Position numbers and translations under genes: made by a program | Source: the human T2T-CHM13v2.0 reference genome, Homo sapiens | Reading direction: 5' to 3' (one strand) | Assembly: GCF_009914755.1 (NCBI RefSeq) | Contig: NC_060929.1 | DNA: 64,000 nucleotides | Notes under the pieces: model-generated | The model's database searches: none | Told to the model about the DNA's origin: nothing | What the model saw: the letters and a program-made list of their open reading frames with translations, nothing else | Shown: piece by piece, positions 53,592-64,000 of the stretch | Layout of the letters: each line of letters opens with the position of its first letter | Numbering within the stretch: position 1 is the stretch's first letter

Positions 53592-53745
53592 CAGCTGGGC
53601 ACAGTGGCTCATGCCTGTAAATCTCAGTACTTTGAGAGACAGAGAAGTGAGGATCACTTGGATGCAGGAGTTCATGGTTACAGTGAGCTGTGATCAAGCC
53701 ACTGCACTTCAGTCTGGGTGACAGAGCAAGACCTGTCTCTTAAAA
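53592..53745 (+). mobile_element. Monomeric Alu (FAM/FRAM-like)
   Basis: gctgggcacagtggctcatgcctgta...cagtgagctgtgatcaagccactgcac..ggtgacagagcaagacc. Confidence 0.8.
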
Positions 53746-53794
53746 ATTAAAGAGGTACACCATCATTGCCTTCAGTTAAACTTAGAGTCAGTTT

Positions 53795-54270
53795 GTGGTA
53801 GAATGCAAAGATGGCCCCATACTTTACCCATGCCTGTAAACATGTCCTTTGCCTATAACTTTGTAGTACCCTCCCACTCTGACTCTGGACTTGTCCATGT
53901 GACTAACTTTGGCCAACAGAATAAGATGGAATTAATGGTATGCCCGTGTCTCCTCCTTAGGAGTCTGTCATGTTTCCTCTTACATATCTGCCGCTAACGT
54001 GAGTGCATGTCTAGGCCAGCCTTCTGGAGGATAAGAGACAGGTTCAGCAGTTGCTCTAGTCACCCAAACCAAGGTCTGGCCAGATCAGCCATCAAGCCAG
54101 CTTATCCTCAGATATATGAGTGAGTCCAGGCTTTACAGTCAAGAACAGCAGCTGCCCTGCTGACCTGCAACTGACCCCAAATACATGAGCAATAAACACT
54201 TATTGGTGAATGTCACTGATATAGTCTTTTAAAATTACACAACATTGTTGTGGCAACAGATAACTGACAC
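53795..54270 (+). mobile_element. MLT1-family MaLR LTR
   Basis: tgtggtagaatgcaaagatggcccc...catgtgactaactttggccaacaga...aataaacacttatt...tgtggcaacagataactgacaca. Confidence 0.75.
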
Positions 54271-54301
54271 ATTGCTTAATCATTAAAAAAAAATAATAGC
54301 T

Positions 54302-55670
<1,369 letters not shown>

Positions 55671-55676
55671 AGAAGG

Positions 55677-56032
<356 letters not shown>

Positions 56033-56382
56033 TCACTGAAAGCAAAGTGAGCTTGAGGAAATTATGGCTCCTATTCTGGCCCGAGAGTTCCTGTCATATC
56101 TGATAGCGGTGGTTGGGGAGGAAGGAGGGTTGGAGATATGATGGCAATGGCGAGCTACTAAGGAAAAGAGATCTGGAGCACTTTCTACTCTGGAAGTCCA
56201 TCTCCTAATGCAGGAGTCACAGATCAGTATTGGCCTTCAGCTATTTTCTTGGGTTCCTATTTACTAGGGATGTTCTTTATGCATCATCTGGTGGAAGACT
56301 CCAGAGAGTCTGGAAAGATTCTTATATTTCTAAATAGATATTCCATATTCTCTCAAAGCTCCCAGGGAGACCTGTATAATAA

Positions 56383-56884
<502 letters not shown>

Positions 56885-57136
56885 TAGACAAATAAGAGCT
56901 CATTTTTCTAATTACAATTTGGATGGACTTGGGAGTGAAGGCTGGATGACTGTGTCCTTCAGTTTTAAAGATTTTTATGGGAATTCCATTTCCCTGCAGG
57001 TCCTGAGTTGTTCAAAATTAGAAAAGGGCATGTAAATGCTGTTAGTGTCAGCAGCTTCACCTGAAAGAACTGTTTTTGCTCAACTCCACACAGTATAGAG
57101 CCGGATATTCTGAGTATTGCTGAGTGCTCATGGTGA

Positions 57137-57605
<469 letters not shown>

Positions 57606-57997
57606 TGATTCTCATATTCTCTTGATTTGTAGAGTTAATCTGCCAAGAGCTTTGCTCTCCATCAGTAAATAAGAAACTGTTTTATGATGAAATACATTAT
57701 AAACTCTATTCAGTATTCACGTTCTTGGCAAATAAAGTTTGTGATCCTTACTATTGGCTGAGGTGCTTTTAAGGTAAAGATGAGAAGATGTTAAATATAA
57801 ATCCCAAATTTATCTCTGGTCCTCAATTCTTTTCATCCCTTCATGCCTGCTAGGGAACCCCCAAATTCCTAACAGTATCCATAGCTCTTCTTCAACAGCA
57901 GTTCCCAAAGGTACTGCCTGTTTTATTATTAGAAATTGAATATTCTTTACGTACTAAATATAGTTATGTATCTAGTGGGTGCTCAATAAGTTATAGG

Positions 57998-58078
57998 TAT
58001 TAGATTAAATCATATGAAATTGCTTTTAATAGAACAAAAAGAGAAGACGTTGACAATTTTAAATAGTTCAACTTAATA
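57998..58078. mobile_element. MADE2 (Hsmar2-derived mariner MITE), degenerate
   Basis: ~80 bp with inverted ends tattagattaaatcatatgaaattg / caattttaaatagttcaacttaata. Confidence 0.75.
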
Positions 58079-58197
58079 CTAAGTTCTGCTGCATACAGCC
58101 AACATAGAAAGTCGTTTGAATTATGTTAAGTAATTTCAGCAGCATCCAAAAAGGTCAAATGCCCTTCATGTGCTCCTTTTTAAAAAAAATGACAGCA

Positions 58198-58922
<725 letters not shown>

Positions 58923-60779
58923 TCATATTCACAACTGAAAGGCTATAACTTGATAATATTGCTTAAGACCCTTTGTACTGCTAACTGAATTAAAATACCA
59001 ATAACAAATACCAAGAAAAAGAGAACGAAGTTTGCAGGCCTCATCTGCTAGCACAGCCACTACCCATGTCTTGACAGAAATGAATTCTCATAAGGATTGA
59101 ATATTCTCCTAGAGCTCATTTATATTTCTGTCATGATCCAATAAGTTCCAAGAGTGAGAGAAACTACATTTCACATAGCCCACATGAGCCCTGGCACATC
59201 TAATCTGCAATCTCTACCTTTAATTTATATCTGAAAAATGAATGAATGAACATCTACAGGGATATAAAAGTCAGGGTCTCATAAACACAATGCGTAATTC
59301 TATTACACCTGATGCCCAGCTCTGAACATATGCTAGCTTTGTATCAAAGAGGGTAAACCAAACTGCTCCCCCACCACCAGGAGACATGCAAATCTGTCAA
59401 ATAACATAGCATTCAGCCCAACCCACTGATTTGCTCATATATGTTTGTGTGTGTGTATGTATTTTTAAAACCAAGTTTTAATTTTAATAGCATTCCTTTT
59501 TAATTTAAGCAAAGCAAAATGGAAATGACACTGAAACAGATGCAAAAGTATGGTGAAAAATGTCTACTTGGACAAAGCTATTTTAATGAAAGCAACACTA
59601 TGCAGGCTTCCTGATTCCTTTTAGTTATTCAACCACCCAAATTAGATTCACTTCACTGGCTGTCTTCATCAGATTTCACAAAACTGGGGACTACCGAAAA
59701 GAAATAAAAGGTGAGGGTTTTCCTTAAAGCGGGATACCAGGTTTTGAACACAAACATTCAGATTAAGTGAAGGAACTTGATTAAACCCACAGTTCAAAAT
59801 AATGATGAACTGAATGCTGGAACTCAGCTGCCTGACACACTTTAGCATATGAATTAAATTTTCTGTTCGCTAACCCACTTAAAAAAAAACTATATTCAAA
59901 CATCTCCTTTCAGGGAATTGGCCATATGTGAAATGAACAGACCCTTGGGTCCACATGGGGCTTGGCTTGCAATTTCTGAGTTTGCTAGAAAAGTGAGTTT
60001 ATTGCATTACATTACAATGGACACTGGTAGATTTATTTGAGTAAATGACACTATAATAGCCATGCCTATTTAATCAAATGGGTCATCACTAAAATTCATA
60101 CAGGTGTACCAGCAGTTGTTTCATGACTGATAGTATCATAAAGGGATGTTTATGGCCAGGTGCTAAAGAAGGTACTTCAAACAAGGAGGTGAGTACATGT
60201 GATGACAGGGAAAGAGCTGTCATGATGTATGACACGGATATTCCTAAGCACATTCACAATTCTGGAGCAAAATGTTTTCCATAAAACCTTCGTTCCACAA
60301 ATAGAATTTAAAAATGGCATTGTAGCATATGGCCATGTAAATTGTAAATGCAATCCACATGTCTTCAACAATGCCAGTGTGGATGGGCTAATGAAGATGC
60401 AAATGGAAAAAGGTATACTACTAAGTTGGCTACTTCAGAACACCCAGATGGCCCAGAAATTCCAGACCATTTTGTGAATACCAAAAGGAAAAATGTGATC
60501 AGGATATAATTACAGCCGTCATAATTACAGTCTTACAGATTTAAGATTTCACATAGTTTAAATATCACAAGATGCAGAGGGAGACCTAAATGCTTTATGA
60601 ATCATATAAGAAGGAAAAAAGGAAGCAAATCAATTATGAAGAGGTGGAGGTCAGAGGATTTCCAATTATTGATATTGCACTGTAGGGAGATGGATTGAGT
60701 TTTGTGGTGTAGATTAGATATAACTAAGTCTTGAAGAGTTTAGTTAGCTGGGAAGGAGCTACAGTTTGAGTACATTCAT

Positions 60780-60945
60780 TTTTTAAAGCACTGTACTTTA
60801 CAAACATGACATCACTGTTATTGCCATTTTGAGATGAAGACAACTAAAGCTCAGAGAGATGAAACAATTTCCCCAAAGTCACAAAGCTAGTAAGTGCCCA
60901 AACAGAGATGCAAATTCCAAGTCTAACTAACTCCAAAGCCTACAT
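60780..60945. mobile_element. MIR fragment
   Basis: ccattttgagatgaagacaactaaagctcagagagatgaaacaatttccccaaagtcacaaagctagtaagtg. Confidence 0.75.
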
Positions 60946-61074
60946 AAGAGCTAACCAAGGCAGTCTTTCATATATCACCTTTACAACTTTTGCCAGACTA
61001 TGTACCATCTGGGCTTTAATCTACTTAACATGATTCTCTAAATTGATGGATTTATACTTCAAAATGTTTATTTA

Positions 61075-61455
61075 AAATGGTACATATACACCATGGAATA
61101 CTATGTAGCCATAAAAAAGAATGAGATCATGTCCTTTGCAGGGTCATGGTTGGAGCTGGAGGCCATTACCCTTAGCAAACTAACGCAGGAACAGAAAAAC
61201 AAATACTGCACGTTCTTACTTATAAGTGGGAGCTAAGTGAAGAGAACATATGAATACATAGAGGGGAACAACACACACTGGGGCCTATGGGAGGGTGGAG
61301 GGTGGGAGGAGGGAGAGGATCAGGAAAAACAACTAATGAGTACTAGGCTTAATACCTGATGAAATAATCTGTACAACTAAGTGCCATGACACAAGTTTGC
61401 CTATGTAACAAACCTCCACGTGTGCCCCGGAACTTAAAATAAAAGTTAAAAAAAA
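61075..61455 (+). mobile_element. L1PA 3' end (5'-truncated)
   Basis: tacaccatggaatactatgtagccataaaaaagaatgagatcatgtcctttgcaggg...cctatgtaacaaacc...aacttaaaataaaagtt. Confidence 0.93.
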
Positions 61456-61469
61456 TGAAAATTTTATAA

Positions 61470-61777
<308 letters not shown>

Positions 61778-62868
61778 CTTCTAATACTATTATTAATGGA
61801 AAATAACTGTAAGTGGCATAAGCAGAAGGCAACTGTAAAAGTAAAAGTAAATTTAGTCTAGCTAAATACTGTTGCTTACCAAAGCTCTGATCCTGGGGCC
61901 GGCCTTTTCCTTGTAAAGAGAGCTCCGAGAAGCAGAGAGGTATTAGTGAACTTCTTGCACCCAAATGAGGCTTTTCTCTTGATGTAAACATAAGGACTGG
62001 AAGAGAACTATAAAGGGAATTCTATTCTTGTCGTATGATACCGTCCTATTTGATGCCATGTGGTGTGCCACCTGTATTCACTGTGTCTTCCACCTGTGGC
62101 ATGCTGGCCTTGTTTTGGGAAAGCATGTTCCCATTGGCTGAGCATTTTCTGTGAGCTGGACCAAGAGAAGATGGAAGGGAGTGATTGGATCTAATCATTT
62201 TTTTCAAACCAAAATTCAACTTGAAGGAAACTAGATGCCTGTTTCCATGCATGGCTCAATTAAATTTTATATATAACAAATATGAGATCAAACTCAAAAT
62301 TAAGCATAGAGCTAAAAATCTTACACAATGTTGATGTCTAACAGCATTCAAACATGTTGGCTCTAGGAACTACTGGATATTGTTTACCAGGCTTCCTGGA
62401 TAAACTATGGGATATCATTGTACAAGCCACAGCAGGCCTCTCCCTCTTGCAAAACTTTGCCTTGGAGAAGACCGGCTGGAAGTTCTTAGTGCCTTGCCTA
62501 CTCCTGGGCAAACCCCAATGGCCATATGAGGCCCCAAAGTTATTTCTTAGCATAATTTTATCCTGGGCTTCTCCTTACTTCTATTTAAAAACACAGAACA
62601 ACAGCATGGCTATTACAGTACCAAGATCATCACCATAAAATACTAAAACCCAACTCCATGTGTCAAACAGAATGATCAAAAGATATTTGTGCATTCTTAT
62701 TTCAAAGATATTTTATTTCCTAATCTTCTATAATTTGACTCACTAGTATGCTTATTAGCGTATATAAACTTTTGCAAAAATTCAACCAGTATCCTGGCTT
62801 TTTTTATAGCATGTACTCTGTCTGCCCAGAAAAAACCCACATTCATGCATTCAAGCCTACTATGTAGT

Positions 62869-62885
62869 ACACACACACACACACA
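62869..62885 (+). repeat. (AC)n microsatellite
   Basis: Short perfect run. Confidence 0.85.
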
Positions 62886-64000
62886 ATTAGTTGTTTGTTT
62901 TTAAAAAACTGAATTTCAGTAGCAGAGAGGGTAAGGGATCCTAAGTGGCAAATATATAGAAACTGAAAGAAATGCAAATTCAGATTCATGTCAGGAAACA
63001 GATTTTCAAATGGTGATAACATTGTACACAAGACTGTTTAAGAAAATGCACCAGACTCATTGCAAAAAAAAAAAAAAAAGGCTGTTTAAATGTCATCTTG
63101 GGAGGAACACAGTATTAACTGGCAAAGCAGGGTGATAACCTACAGGCCCTCTACATGTTCCAAATATTTAGACTTCTGAGGAAATACATGTTTATTTTAG
63201 AATTAGGAAAGCATACTACTTATCTCTTAAAATTTTCAGGAACCAGCAACTGGTTTAATTATTAGCAGAGTTCCTTGGCCAAACTATTGCTTCCAAAAAA
63301 GGTGATATCCTCACATATTAAACATTCCTTTTTGCAATCCTAAGGCCTGGCACAGTGACTGGCACAAAAACACTGCTAAATGAAAACCATGATGGGTAAA
63401 TTAGTATATAGGTGAGATCTTGCTCTTAAATACAATATAATATGGCCAGAATTTGGAAATGTGAAGAGAGAGTTGATGTGAATGCCAATTGTTTCACCTT
63501 CCTCTAGCAGAGTACCAATGTAACACTCATGATACTTTCTCAAATATTTCCAATAGCATAGCCTACACTTTCTTAGTTGACACAATTGTTTGTTCTAATT
63601 TTCTAAAGGTACATTTTTATGTAAAAGGAAAAGCATAGGCATGAAACAATATTCCACTACACACTTGTGGTTCAGTAATCATTTTGCTGTTTTAGTGAAA
63701 TATCCTCAGAGCAACTGAAAATGCTAAATATAAAGGAATGAAAACAGAAACAAGGATAATAAGCAATTTCTATTTCTACTGAAATCTGAAAATATAGAAT
63801 TTCTGTTTTTAATTTGAAGTCTAGAAATAAAACCAAAATATATCTTTTCTATAGCTGAGTCTAAAAACCAAGTTTTCTTTGTAAAATAAATAGGAAAACT
63901 TTTTTTTTAATAAGGAAAAGCATTATTCTCCAGGTTATACCATTTTAATACATCTGACCCCAATTTTTAGATCTTGGTTTCTGGAACCTGAAGCAACTGG

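Noticed and set aside
62354-62638. 94-aa plus-strand ORF in unique sequence
   Set aside because: No recognisable family, promoter or poly-A/TSD evidence; length within chance expectation

Overview
This is primate, almost certainly human, genomic DNA. It is AT-rich and CpG-depleted, dense in Alu, L1, L2, MIR, MaLR and DNA-transposon fossils, with one CpG island at about 36.4-37.75 kb. The only protein-coding sequence I can support is a 57-nt coding first exon on the minus strand (37028..36972, MNSGVAMKYGNDSSAELSE, followed by a GTAAG donor). I recognise this peptide from memory as the N-terminus of the short isoform of MCC (mutated in colorectal cancers, 5q22). The CpG island is therefore the internal promoter of MCC, and the rest of the window is MCC intron; its other exons lie outside the window. 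Most ORFs in the supplied track are Alu-, L1- or GC-derived noise. I found no evidence for a new biological system. The best leads are: (i) a run of 3-4 short uORFs in the MCC 5' leader; (ii) a candidate extra MCC exon at about 11.8-11.9 kb ending ATG-GGT-TTG|GTAAGC, which could give an MGxxxS N-terminus or act as a poison exon; (iii) an intact piggyBac MER85 with its PGBD3-binding palindrome; (iv) two three-copy minisatellites carrying GATA motifs, one in the promoter flank; (v) an Alu with an apparent ~80-bp target-site duplication, and a 58-bp templated insertion. Repeat names and boundaries were judged by eye and are approximate.
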